The position numbers and the translations under genes were made by a program. The notes beneath the pieces are model-generated. The model saw only the letters and a list, made by a program, of their open reading frames with translations. It did not search any database and was not told the DNA's origin. Source: the human T2T-CHM13v2.0 reference genome, Homo sapiens. From it: a stretch of 64,000 bases of DNA. Shown here piece after piece: positions 13,785-28,153 of the stretch (positions are counted from its first letter, which is position 1; every line of letters starts with the position of its first letter). The stretch is from assembly GCF_009914755.1 (NCBI RefSeq), contig NC_060937.1; one strand, given 5' to 3'.

Positions 13785-13880
13785 CATTTATTCCTTTCAT
13801 TCCATCCATCCTTCCATCCATCCATCCATCTTATTGAGCACCTACTGTGCACGGCTCTGTAATAAATAAGGAACAGTCTT
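13785..13880 (-). mobile_element. L2 3' end with (CCAT)n-derived tail
   Basis: (tcca)n followed by ttattgagcacctactgtgc. Confidence 0.6.
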
Positions 13881-14199
13881 TTTCTGTAAATAACTCACTG
13901 GAAGAGAGAGATGGGATGAGATGGAAATATATAACCAACTCTGCAAGAGCCTCTGTAGAGAATCTCCTCCAGAAGTCCTCACTAATATAACCATGTATTT
14001 CCTGAATATTTTAAAGAGGTAATAGCAGGAGCTGGCTACAGAATCCCAAGCTCTTCTATTTATTACGCAGGCAAAATTTAAAATTTGTGTGTATGGGACA
14101 CAATTGCTTTAAGAATGAGAAACATAAATTCATTAAATATACACACAGATATGATATATCTATCTCTATCTCTATCAACATATTTGGGCATCCTAGAGT

Positions 14200-15298
14200 C
14201 TTTCCTTTACCTTACAAACTATATTCAATCAATTATTATGTTGTACTTATTCTACTACCTTTATATTTTTTAAAATCTGTACATTTTTCTCTATCCTTAC
14301 TGCCACTACTTTAGTACAAGCCACCGCGGTTCCTCATTTAGTTTTTAGCACTTGCTCCTGTCTTGCTACATTCCAGTCTTACTCCTTTTTCTCTCAAATC
14401 TATTCTTCAAATTGAAACCAGAGTGTGCCTTGCTTAAGACCCATCAGTGGCTCCTAGTTGTGCACAGGATAAATAAAGTCTTAACTCCTTAGCATGGTGT
14501 ACAAAGTCCATCATGTTTGCCTCTCTAGAACCATCTCCTGATGCTCCTCTATTGAATTCCCTGCCCTAAGACTCTGAATGCACCATGTTCTATCTTGCCT
14601 CCTAGGTTTTGTGCGTCTTGTTCTTTGCTGGGAGTATCCTGTTCCAGCCAAGCCCAAGCCCCACGCCCTTTCCTCTGTATACTCAACTAAGTTCCATGAG
14701 CTAAAACATCTCTTCATTCAAAATTCCTTTCTTGAATGTCCACTCCCTTTTTCTTTCTTCCAAAACACAGTGTGCTTCGCATCATTTCTTTTTTTTAAAT
14801 TGAGACGGAGTCTCACTCTGTCACCCAAGCTGGAGTATAGTGGCTCCATCTCGGCTCTCTACAACCCCCGCTGCCCGGGTTGAAGCAATTCTCCTGCCTC
14901 AGCCTCTCAAGTAGCTGGGACTACAGGCATGTGCTACTGTACCTGGCTAATTTTTTTAAAATTTATTTTAATTTTTTTTATTTTCAGTAGAGATGGGGTT
15001 TCGCCATATTGGCCAGGCTGGTCTTGAACTCCTGACCTCAGGTGATCCATCTGCCTCGGCATCCCAAAGTGCTGGGATTACAGGCATGAGCCACTGCACC
15101 CAGCCTATTTCTTTGTCCTCTCATAGCATCCGTTGTCTTTTCCATACTAAAGTATAGATGCTTCATTTCTTGTCATCTATCTTTCTAGTTGTTTGATGGC
15201 AAGTTCTAAGTCTTGATTGTTTAACAATATATTCTCTAATACTTAGCTTATCATGAAGCACAAAACATTTAACAATTATGTTAAACAAATGACTGAAA
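14200..15298 (+). mobile_element. L2 fragment interrupted by an Alu
   Basis: actgccactactttagtacaagccacc, tgcttaagacccatcagtggctcc, aactccttagcatgg; L2-like terminus near 15280. Confidence 0.6.
14785..15105 (-). mobile_element. AluS (Sx/Sz-like)
   Basis: gagacggagtctcactctgtcaccc...ctcctgacctcaggtgatcc...gagccactgcacccagcc. Confidence 0.93.
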
Positions 15299-15498
15299 GT
15301 AAGATAAATGCTCAATAAAGGGTGAGTTCAGTTTCAATTTTTCCCTAAACTGGGCCTTTCATAAATGGGCTCATCTTATATGAGTCCTTCCTAAATTTTA
15401 TTGATGGGTGAATTGGAAATAGAAGGGAAGAGCATTCCAAACACCTTTGGTGAGTCAAGTCCTTGTTTCTAAAAACACTAAACTAGAATTTTGAAAAT

Positions 15499-15653
15499 TA
15501 GGGTGATCAACTGTCCGGATTTTCCTGGGACTGTTCCTTAAATCCTGCTTCCCAGGAAAGCTCTCACTCTTGATTTAGCCCTGAAAGTCTCATGTACTAG
15601 GAAATCCCTCAGTCCTGGGATAACTGGGTAAACTGGGGCAGTTGTTTGCCCTA
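15499..15653. mobile_element. MER81-like hAT-Blackjack MITE
   Basis: Terminal inverted repeats tagggtgatcaactgtcc...ggggcagttgtttgcccta. Confidence 0.7.
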
Positions 15654-15889
15654 GAAGTCTTATGTCTTAGAGGTTATCTTCCTAGTATTTCTGCCCTATT
15701 TAGTTGCAGAAACCTCTAGCACCTCCAGGGGATGTAGCTGAATGAGAATCTAAAGGGAGTGTGAGCTGAGGCCAGGAGGTAGAAGACTTAGCAATATCCT
15801 CACAGTAGTCCAGTGTTGGAACTGATGAAGCTGATACTCAAATCCACGATGGAACATCTGCAAAGCTCCCTTTCTTGGCAGCTGTGAGG

Positions 15890-16092
15890 GCGGCAGGAGT
15901 CCTGGGCTGGAGTTGGAACACCTTGGGAAATCTAGTTAGAGATTCTCCAAAGCTAGTTGACTTTAGCCTCAGTGTCTTCATCTGTAAAATGAAATAGTGC
16001 TTTCCTGTATGCATCCCAGGTTTGTTGGAAATTTGAAAGGACAGTGGACAGTGTGTGTGAGAGTAGTTTGAAAGCCATAAGTGCTCTGCAAA
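15890..16092 (+). mobile_element. MIR fragment
   Basis: agcctcagtgtcttcatctgtaaaatg core. Confidence 0.55.
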
Positions 16093-16211
16093 TGGGAAGA
16101 GCTTTCATTATTCCATAGCAATGTTGTACAAACACACGCTGAGTTTTTCCATTAAAAGTTATAGTCAGGGTGGTTCTAGAAGTGTCTGTTCTCAGGGATA
16201 TAAAAAGGCCT

Positions 16212-17016
<805 letters not shown>

Positions 17017-17921
17017 AAAAAAGCCTGTGCAAAAACATAAAGCAAAATCTATAAGCACATGATACACAGCTTCGAATGCTGGAAGTTCTTGGCTGTGACA
17101 TAGGGATAGCTGGCCATGAAAAGCAGTGTCTTTCTAACGTTACAGCCTAGGATCATCTCTTTTATGGAATTAAATTGTATAAATTACATGATAGTAATTT
17201 GATGACCTGATCATTATTTTTAGTGATCATTTATTTTTGCCAAAGTTGGCTTCCTACCATATACAAGATGTGTTGAATTTTGAAAGCTGTATTAAAATTT
17301 AACATCTATTCTTTTATTACCTTAGTTTTTATTTTTTTGTGTTCTTTTTGAGAGACATAATGTTGCATTGCTATTTTATTCTCTTTCTGCAAAATCACAG
17401 GAAACCTATCAATTCTGATGCCTTTCTCCTCTTATAACATTTTTGAAATATAAGAATTATAAAATATTTTCTAGATAGAATATAATACACTACCTATTGC
17501 AGGAAATCTATGTCATCCCCCCTCACTAGTTCACCACCCCCCAACAACACATATTCAGTTACACCGTAATGTGTTTCAACCAAAGAAAATTACTGACCCC
17601 ATGATCTGAACAACAAAGTGTTCTTAAAGTATATTGCCTCATCTGTTAGGTTTGATTAAACCATTTATCAGCAAAAAATAAAAGTTGCTTTTCTTTGCTT
17701 AGCATGTCTGGAGTTTCAGGAGCACTTTTGAGGCTATTGTTAACTCAGTGTTTCTAGCTGAATTGCATACTCTCACTGGTTTATGGTAATAAGAAGGTGA
17801 GCTTAAATTAGGAGGAGGATAGCCTTATTTCTTCTACTCCTCTGCTTGTCACACGCAGGTTTGATTCTGACTGTCTTGTTGGCCAGATTAGACTAGCTAG
17901 AAGCATTTAGTTGCATAGTTT

Positions 17922-17967
17922 ACACACACACACACACATGCACATGCACACGCACACACACACACAT
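17922..17967. repeat. Imperfect (CA)n
   Basis: CA run with interruptions. Confidence 0.9.
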
Positions 17968-18486
17968 TTGCTTCCATTAAGGAAGTCATATCATCATTTA
18001 TCTATCCATGATATATATGCATTGAATTTTTTTCCACCTATGGAGGTGGATTTATGGTATGTGCTTTCTCACCTTAGTGAAATATCTGGCTAATATTAGG
18101 TATGTAACCAAACATTAAACAGCACAGTTTTTCCTTGTGTAATGTTCATGGATCCTCAGAAGCACCAAATTGCCGTCTTCATCTTTTTACCTCCATTCCC
18201 CACTCTGTAGAGTCAGTGGCTCCAGTGAGTGTGACGGTTGCACAGTTTGATCCTGTATGACTCTATAAGGGTTATATGACTTCATATATGTGGTCAATTT
18301 TGATAAGTTCCTAGATGAAGTTACATTTGGCTTGGGATGATCTGAGCAAATTGTTATTCAGCTCTCATTATGAACACAGTGCCAGGAGGATGTATGAGAC
18401 CAATGCCATATTTACGGAGCTGCAAAATTGAACAATAGTTTATTCTTTTTGAAGTTTCTGGTTAGGTTTTGTAGAAGGATTGGTAA

Positions 18487-18902
18487 CATTCATTTATCCT
18501 TCTAATATTTATTGAGCAACTACAATGTGCTGGGTACTGTGCACATCTGGAAATGAGATCAAACGGCACAGTCCTTTGGAAAGTTTAACATCTAGGGGGC
18601 TACTAGCCTTGCAAATAGGCACCAGTGATAACTGCTGTAAGAGAAGGTTTAAATTATAGAAAGAGGATAGATGTAGAAGAATCACAGTTTGCTTGGGTGG
18701 GCGGTGTTAGGGAAATTTTTTTTGGTCAGAATAGAATTTGAATTGAGACTTCAAGGACAATTAGAAGTTTATACCAAAAAAAAAAAAAAACAAACAAAAA
18801 AGAACAGAACACTTCAGGAGGAGGAAAATATACCAAGGTCTGGAGGCAAAAGAGAGCATGGTTGTTTAAAGCACGGTTGTTCAGTATTGCTGGGTATTAA
18901 AG

Positions 18903-18946
<44 letters not shown>

Positions 18947-19085
18947 GGGGTGGGGGCACTTGGAGGGGAGATGTTCTGGGCTAGATGGGACTACACATAG
19001 GCAGGCAGAGGCAGGCAGAGGCAGCCAGATTATGAAGAACATTGGTTGCCAAGCAAAGGAACTTAGCCTTTATACTCTATAAGAG
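18487..19085 (-). mobile_element. L2 fragment containing (TG)n at 18907-18945
   Basis: cattcattt...tatttattgagcaactacaatgtgctggg L2 tail, then purine-rich antisense L2 body. Confidence 0.65.
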
Positions 19086-19299
19086 ATTTTTATCATAGAA
19101 GTTGTGACAAATGGCAGTTGGGGAGTAGCAATTACACATCTCCAATACCCTATCTGTAACCTCCTCTGAGTGACTATAAAAGCTAGGTGTGCCCTTGAGA
19201 ATATGTCAAATGTAAGTGGAAAAGAGCTGAGATTACTGCTGTGGCAGTTGTGAACTATTGAACACATTTGAGCAGGGGCACACTGGATCAGATTTACAT

Positions 19300-19420
19300 G
19301 TTCATTTTGATAATGAGGAAAAAGGCTCAGAGAGGTTAAATGACTTTCTTCAAGTTAAATATCTAGTGATGTTTGAGGTAGGATTTCATTCAGGTTGACT
19401 AAATACACTAGCACTCTTTT
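19300..19420 (-). mobile_element. MIR fragment
   Basis: tgaggaaaaaggctcagagaggttaaatgact. Confidence 0.65.
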
Positions 19421-22400
19421 CATCTCACTAAAAGGCTGAAGGGGAGACTAGAAGCCACAGAGTAGATAAGGATTTATGGCTCAATACAAAGGGAGGACAA
19501 GCTGAATGCTAGTTGGTTGCATAGAATGGAAAGGGAACAAGATCTTAAGAGGAAATGTAGAATTCTCAAAATATTTAGGAAAACAGCAAGATGGGCATCT
19601 AGTAGAAGTTACACAATTTTTGGTTAAAGAGCTGTTGCCTAAGGGGAAGTTTCTGGAGAGTTATAGCAGAGTTCAGAGGGAGTGATAGTAGGATACTAAC
19701 ATTAAGCATCAATGACATGAACAACTAATTTCTCCATAATCTATCATGTTGATTTTGACCTGAATGATCTAGTTGGAGGGTTGGAAACCCAGACCCATTG
19801 GAGCTGAATTTGGTGTAACATAGTTCCCACTTGTCCTCTAGACAGTGGCATTAGTTTTTAGAAACATCAGAAGTTCCAAGGGCACTGACTCTGAGAATAG
19901 TGCCACTGTGGAGTGGTATTGCCATTCAGTGACTTCATTCTTAAAATTTACAATCTTTTGGGTCTAGGAGAGCTCATAAGCACTATTGCATTAAATACAC
20001 AAAGGGTATGGCCATCAAACGGGAAGCATTTCACAGTCAAATCCAACTGGCTGGGGACAACTCCTTGTCCAGCGGGCTTTATCTTAGACCTGCCACATTT
20101 GAACTCCTCAGTTCAGAGCTGGTCTTGACCTAGCAGTTCTGTGATTTCATTACTTCAAACCTATTCTTCACTGATTTGACATTTTGTCAAAACTCAACTC
20201 CCACTGTGGCCTTCAATTTATATCCTTGCCTAATGCATAAGCTTGATACATTCTAGAATCTTCTTCTTTCTATTTCTTGATACCTTGGAAGTGTCTAGTG
20301 AACAATAACTGGTGCACTGGAGATTCAACATGTAACTCCATTTATCACATGCCAAAAATATGAAAACTTAACGTTTACTGAGACTTTTTCAGTGTTTTGC
20401 ATACCAAGAATATGGACCCTAAAGTGTGCTGGCAGTTAAACATTGTGTTGCTTTGTTTTGGTATTTGTGTTTATATTTTCCTTGGACACATACCATGCTC
20501 TACACATCGTTTGTGGGATGAATGACTTTTTTCCTTATTAGGAGGTTATGAATATGTGGTATAATTCTTGATTAAACTTCTTGAAGTCCTTGAACCAGCC
20601 TTAAGATAAATAAAATGACCTAAGTGGAAGGACCTAGTCTTGTGCCTGCCACATGGTAGTAACTTATTGGCAGCTTTTTGTCACTACAGCCACCTCCCCC
20701 AGACCACCAAAACCCTCATCCCAAAATTATTAATATGGATAGCATGTTGAAGAATAAAATAATTGGGATATATTATAATTGCATTTTACCTTTTAAATTT
20801 TGAAAGTGGGCAAATAATACTCTGTTCTGTCTTGCCTTTTAAAAAGAATGTTTCTCCCCCCCACCTTTTGGTTTACTTTCTGAAAAACAATCTGGCTGTT
20901 GAGTTCTGATTAAAGGTGAAGCATGCTTCAATATGCAAGGATGAGATATTAGAGGAAAAGATAACGCTCGAAACCACACTTTTAACATTCAATTTCAGTG
21001 CTGTCCAGAACAACTATAAAACTGGGGAAAGGTGAGTAATAGATTTGACAGCTATACTCTAAAATGGACCTTATTAGTGAGATATAAATTATAACCAGGC
21101 ATTTCCTATCAGCACCCTGTGCAGTTAATGATAAGCAGTCAATGAGATTTATATACCCTTAGCATTTTTATAATGAGTCTGTTGCTTTGATGACAGTTTA
21201 CTCTCAAACATTATGCTTAGAAATTTATAGCATTTGATTCAAATGAATAGACAGTTTAGCTTTATTGCAATCTGTTCTGATTTTCCCTTTTCATGAGACT
21301 CACATTTTCACTTTTTTCTTTTTCTTTTTTCCTTCCCTAGACTAAACCCTTAAACACTACACTGAAAAATTAAGTTTTGAAGTGGGTGCACATTGACCAG
21401 CAGGAAGCATGTGATAACTTGCGGGGAAAGAGTTCAGTGAATTTCAAGAACAGGCATGAGGAGTCTAAAGAGGAGGCATGTTGTGTTAAAGTATTAAACA
21501 TTTACAGATGCACCAGGTTGGTGGCTGTAGGAAAGTTATGACATACAATAGCAAGAGATAGGGCGGGGAGAAGGGCCTTTAACCATGTGAAGGGGTGGCC
21601 CAAACATTTGTGTAGAGGAGGTCACATCTCATTCTCTCCTGGAAAGAACCCCACATTGGTTCACACAACTGTCCACAACCCTGAGGACAAGTGCCCAATA
21701 AAGGCTGTTGACAGATTGACTGCAGCTGGAGAGGGCACGCCAAGGCGATTCTGAGGGATGCCCTACAGAGCCCTCTGCCCCAACAGGGTCACTTTGCCAT
21801 GCAGTTCAAGTGTACACAGCTGTTGGATCTGTTGGCTGCCTCTGCACAGCAGGGAATGTGACTTTGGGTAGCAGGTGTGGGATTTTCAGGAAATAGAACT
21901 GCTGGTCTATAGAAAATGTGGTCTTTCAGGAAGATAGGCTTTGAAGACAGGTATTTTCCAAAGGTGGTAGTATTAGAAATGTATTTATGCAACATTTAAA
22001 AAAAGTAGCTCAGGTGGGCTGAAAGCATTCTTATCCCTTCTATTCTATGTTCTCTGTCCCATTTCGGACCCCTTACACCTGCCCTACCTATCCAAGAGCC
22101 ACATGTTCACTGGCTCAGAGGAGTGAACTGGAAATAGGCACCTGCATTTAAGGTGCAGGATGGCTGCCACCTGTGCCCCATTTGTTCTTGTTCTGACTTC
22201 ATCTCCATCCCAACTCTGAAATCTTGGCCCTAACATTTCCTGCACTGGGCCCTTTGAATTCAGTATGGACAATCTCTTGTTTTATGAGTCTTAGAATTTC
22301 TGAAAGAATCCTGAGTTGGCTTGCCTCTCTGCCTCTTTGTACACGTGCTACTCAGAATCCCTCTTGGATTAGGAGCCTAACCTTGTCAATGACTATTTCA

Positions 22401-22484
22401 CTAGTAGTCAACCCCAGGGCCCCAGCAAGGACCAGAGTGGACAATCAGGCACATACCTCGTAAATAAAACATTCAATTAAGACA

Positions 22485-22670
22485 ATAACATCACTATCTA
22501 TTTAGGCTCAACTATGCACCAGGCTCTGTGCTAAGTATTTTACATATATTTCTTCCTAGGGCTTACTATATAGCCTTGTGAAATCATATTATTTATCCTC
22601 ATTTTACAACTAAGGGAAACTGAGTTTTTGAGATGTGTCAGAGCAGAGATTCAAATCTAAACCTCGATAT
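22485..22670 (-). mobile_element. MIR
   Basis: ccaggctctgtgctaagtattttacatat, cctcattttaca...gaaactgag, gattcaaatc. Confidence 0.7.
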
Positions 22671-25600
22671 TCTTTCAGGAATATTAGAACCATAAGTTTA
22701 AGGTGATTTAATTCAGAAAAATAAGGAACTCTGATTTCTCATGCCCCCATCCATCTTACTGTCTTGTTTGGAGGTCTCAGCTAGTACATTTATCTTTCTT
22801 TTTCATGAGGATACTGTTTCATGTGATCATTCTTGCCTGAAAGCTGATTGATTACAAGTGTTAAATTTAAATAATGCCACATTTAGGAAAGAAATGGAAA
22901 GAAAGCATTGGAATTCTCTGAGGCCTGAGTCAGGCGAAGCCATACTAGGTACTAGGCTGAGAAGGTTATCCTTGAGAAATTCATGAGTTACTAGTTTTGG
23001 TGTATTTGTAAGAAAAATTCCAGTGTTGTTCTATTAGAAAAAAATACACTGACAGTGGAAGTCTGTGGCATGCACTTAAATTATTGCACTACAGTGAAAG
23101 CAGGCATTGAGGAGGAGTGGTTGTCAGGGAGAATTATGAAAGCAAGAGAGCGCCATGGTGACAACTTTGGAAGACATTAAAGGGTCTTAAAAGGGTCATG
23201 GACAGAAGGCAACATTTCTCCAGCATGCCCCAGAGGTCATGTAGCTGAAGGCACACAGCCCCAGTGACTGTGCAGAATGCTGAGTGAGGGCTTGGAACCA
23301 GCAAATGAGAGGCACATATTCTGCTATCAGGAGCTTAGACTCCAGCGAGATGTGTGATCAAGTGGTTATTGCTCAGACTGGGTTAGAAAATCCTTTCTAG
23401 CCAAGGACCAATATTCCTTTAATATAGCACAATATGTGCATGAGGCTGTCTGTCAGTCTTTGGGGCTTTGGAAATACAATATTACCAAAGTCACTGACAT
23501 TTTATTCATAGGAGATGAAAAATAATGGATGGGCTACCAAATGCCTTTTCATAAACATCATATTCATGTATTTTGTATAGCCTTTCTCCAAGGTTTCAAA
23601 AAACAACTTGTCCTTAGAAACCAGGAGAAAGCACGTGGAATGGTTCTAAATGAAGATATTAATATTCACATTATAGCTAAACCTTGCTAATTTGCACTAA
23701 TGACTGGGAAGCCTATTGCAAATTACCAAATTAGTGAGTAAGCCAGCAACCAGGATTTCAAAAAACCCAAAGACAGCACCAGAAAATGAACCTTTTCCCA
23801 TATTTCATCAATGCAATTGAATTTTAACTACTGAGAGCAATTTGTAGTCTATATTTTATCTATCTTGCAAATGTATGTGCATTTTACAGAGCAATGGTGA
23901 GCCTTTAAAATAAAATTCATTTTTACATGTGGTTGTGGTTTAGAAATGTATGTAAAAGAAAATAGAACTCTTGGAAAAAAGAAACTAAAGATTTGTCCGA
24001 AAGATTTTTTTAAATTGTAATAACTGTGTTCATTTCCTTTTGTAGTTATCAAACAGGATATACAACAGCTTAATGAAATATTGCACAAAAGACCCATAAG
24101 CATTAGTGAAATCTCTCAACTAACTAGGCACATTATTTGCAAAAGGGGAAATTTTCTAAAGCACAATTATGTGAAAAATGGAAATCGACAGAGTGGGAGT
24201 GAGGGTAGGCCTCGTAGTTTTGGTAGCAGTGGCAGCCCCGGTCTAAATCTTCTGACGGTAGAAGGGGCCTGGTGGGTAGCACTTAGGACCAGCAATGACC
24301 TACCCACCAATGTGTTGTGTTTTCTTTTCTTATTCTTAGTAAACCTTCACTTTCATACCTAATTTCGTATTTGCAACTTTGCTTTCTTCTTCAAAATTGC
24401 ATAAATTTCTGCCTTCAAAAAAATTGAATCCTCCCTGATCATTGGAGCTAAGTGTCCAGACTTATTTGAGGAGAGTTATTGGAGTGGGAAAAAAGAATCG
24501 AGGATAGAATATGTATATTTAAAGAGGACTAATACTCTAAAAATGGAGAAGGAATGAACTCTGGGCTCAGAGAGTTCCAGGGATGTACAAATCTGTCCTT
24601 GTCCTCCTCCCTCTTCCCTAGGAGGGTTCTCTCTCTTTTCTGGGAGAGAAGAGGGCCCCTGCCTTCCTTGACCCTCAGGAGCAGAGCTTCAGCTCTGCTG
24701 AAGATGAGGGCTAGGCAGACAACAGGAGTCTGCTGTATTTACTATAAAATAAATACTCAGAACCACCTGCTATTTGAAGTTTTTAAAATTACCCCTCTCA
24801 CCTTTGTTCTCTCCTTTGTCTTTGGACTCTGCTAGCAATAGTTAAGTTTGGTTTTCTTACCTCACATAGTAAGTCAAGTTAGGAGGTACAAACCAGATGT
24901 TCTTGGTCCGCTGTTGGTCAATTCCAGATAGAACCAGAGTGGTTTAGGCTTGACCAATGCCATTAAGCCCTGAGGGCAACATGGCAGAAGCTGGTAAAGT
25001 CCAGCTCTGAAGAAGGCAGGCTTGAGGCTGCTGTACTGGTGTGCACATCCTCTTGCCTATGGTAGTAAAGATTTAGGGCACTCCATCTTTCCTCACTAAG
25101 CAGGAACTTTAAAACAGGAGACTGCCTCTCAGATTGAGCTGGAATGAGGACCACTAAAAAGACTAGAAAAAAGATCCACCAGCTAACACCACCTTTTGCC
25201 TTTAAACCACTTATCACATTGCATTAAGAGCCCATGAATTTCAAAGACAGCCCTGGACAAGAAGGAAAATGTGCATCCCAGGTGTAGAGCTTAGAGTTGA
25301 GAATTTTGCCATCATATATAACAGCTTTCTATTAAATGTCTTGCCCAAGTATTATTTAGACACACCCCTCTGGAAGCAAAAATAGAAACATGAAAGAAGC
25401 ACAGATAATTATTATATTTAAAGAACTTTTAATAGAATTATCTGCATTGATGGCTAACTTTAACTTTACCTAAACTTTCAACTGCACTGTACTTGACAAT
25501 CTTACTAAATCTGTATATTCTTTGAAGAAAAAAGAAATATGAGTAATATTTCTCAAGGGAAATGTGTTGTTTGTAGTATTAAAATCTTCAAAATAAAGTA

Positions 25601-27613
25601 TTTTTCTTCATGATTGTTTAGGTGGAATTCTGTAACTTATTTGTTTATTTTATTTTAAAGCTTCAAAGCTTCAAGCATTTTGGAGTGCTGGGCTTGTTGG
25701 CAGCATGTTATGCTTTTCCTCTATACTTTTATAGATTTGATAACTTTGTGAGTTGTTTCCCTGGAGACTTGATGGTAATGGTCATCACAGGTACGCTTAG
25801 TCTCCATCGCTCTTACAAGGATGCAGTTGGTGTGATTGGGTAAAAACTTCTCGTAATGAAATCCCATTCCAATTACTACAGTGTAGAACTTAAAGCATCA
25901 GCAGAATACACTGGAAACACTTCAGCATCTTTTTGTTTTTTTTTCGACTCAGCTCAGATATTATTACTTCTTAAACTTTCTTCTGCAGGAATCCATCAAT
26001 GTCCTTTTTCAAACTCTCTAAAACATTCTCCAAGGAGGATTCAGAAATAGGTAATTTTCTCTTATCTGAGTTTTTGTGGAATTTTGTCTCAAATTTTATT
26101 GTGTTTTTAAGAGCCCACTAGATGCTCATAAAAAAGTAGAGTTGAGTTAAATGCACATGATACAATGCATTCATAATCTTAAAATATTCCTTAGGAAGAA
26201 CAATCAGAGTAATCCTTCTTTTATTCAGAAGACAGTCTACCCAAACTCTTCTTAACACTTCCAGAGGTTTGAAAAACCAATGCCCTTAGCTGGTTATAAT
26301 GAAATTTTCACAAAAGACATTGAAAATGTTTATAATACGCATGAACAAATAGACATGGTGAATTCCCTTACACAGCTGAGGATAGAAAATCAGCTATTGG
26401 AATCCCTCTGGACCATGACAATTTGATCCCATTAATGTCTTGATTCTGTTAAGATGGTAAAAGGAGGATTTTCTTTCTCATTGTTGAATTAAAATGTCCA
26501 GCTAAAAAGCAACACTCTGGCAGAACAGTCACATATTGAAAGGAAAAAGAGGCTAATGGATGTTTTCAGAAATGTTTGATAAGACTTAGCAAGGGGACTT
26601 TGTTGTTTCATTATACTGTACTCCATATTCAGGTTTGAGAGTGTTAGAGTCTGACACCTCCTCAATCTGTTTCTTCATTTTTTTTTCCCATTTCTAGAAG
26701 TGTTTTTAAAAAGAAGGGAAGAGTTGTTTCATTGCAGGTATCTTCCATTGAAAGATTTCTTTATTCAGCTTCTGTCTTCAACTTTTCCTCTTTCTTAATA
26801 GCTTTTCTGAAAAGCAATGAATGAACATTCTTAAATAAGAACAATGAAAGGAAAATTAACTTGGAGTTGCCATTTTTTTGATCACTGAATTTCTGAACAT
26901 AAAATAATGATCTCAACAAGGGCAAATTTTAGCTAAGATAATAACGACTGTTTTCTACATTTTGTTTTTCACATTATTGACTTAATTAAGAGTAATTCTA
27001 TTATCCAGTAACATCAAGATGTAGAATTTTGGTGTGTATGTTACGGTTAACAGAAATTCATCCAATTGCTTATATGCATGCCATCTGCTTATAGGCTAAT
27101 TTGCCCACATAAAATCTGGAGAAACATTGAAGGCCATTTAAAATCAATCCATTCATGAATCAAAATGTATTGTGATCACCTACTATAAATGAGATATGAT
27201 GCTATTATTTTTAAGGACACAGAGATGTGTTATGCACTGGCCTGCTTTCAAGTGGTTTATAACTGACATAATTATTAAAGACAAACAATCACATGAGGTA
27301 GTAAGAGAATGTGAAGTCTGACAGTATGGACTGCCAGAGAATGGTGGGCTCACTGTGTGCTGCTGCAGTCAGAGAAGGCTTCCTGGGTTGTGCTAGAAAA
27401 GTGAGGTATAAATAAGCTACAGTAACAAAGAGTAGAGGTATGTATTGGTATATAAGAGATATATAAGGGAGAGCAGGGAGAGACAGCACTGCAGGTAGAG
27501 GGACTGACACAATTAAAACTGCTTCAGGCAAAAGCTGCAGAGTGCTGGGGTTAGCTGGGAAGGTCTGGGAACTGCTCGGTCAACCTGGAGTAGTGGGAAA
27601 TAACAACAGAGGG

Positions 27614-28153
27614 TGTTTGCTCTTGCTTTTCTAGTTCTTTTAATGGTGATGTTAGGGCATGCTGCTATAAAGACACATGCACACGTATGTTTATTGCGGC
27701 ATTATTTACAATAGCAAAGACTTGGAACCAACCCAAATGTCCAACAATGATAGACTGGATTAAGAAAATGTGGCACATATACACCATGGAATACTATGCA
27801 GCCATAAAAAATGATGAGTTCATGTCCTTTGTAGGGACATGGATGAAATTGGAAATCATCCTTCTCAGTAAACTATCGCAAGAACAAAAAACCAAACACC
27901 GCATATTCTCACTCATAGGTGGGAATTGAACAATGAGAACACATGGACACAGGAAGGGGAACATCACACTCTGGGGACTGTTGTGGGGTAGGGGGAGGGG
28001 GGAGGGATAGCATTGGGAGATATACCTAATGCTAGATAACGAGTTAGTGGGTGCAGTGCTCCAGCACGGCACATGTATACATATGTAACTAACCTGCACA
28101 ATGTGCACATGTACCCTAAAACTTAAAGTATAATAATAATAAATTAAAAAAAA
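27614..28153 (+). mobile_element. Young 5'-truncated and 5'-inverted L1PA2
   Basis: 27658 onward is the ORF2 C-terminus, 3'UTR (GAG diagnostic, not L1HS ACA/ACG) and A-tail; 27614-27657 is antisense ORF2; 16-bp TSD aaa(t/c)aacaacagaggg. Confidence 0.93.
27687..27929 (+). pseudogene. C-terminal 80 aa remnant of LINE-1 ORF2p (non-functional)
   Basis: MFIAALFTIAKTWNQPKCP...HRIFSLIGGN is the L1 ORF2p C-terminus. Confidence 0.93.
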
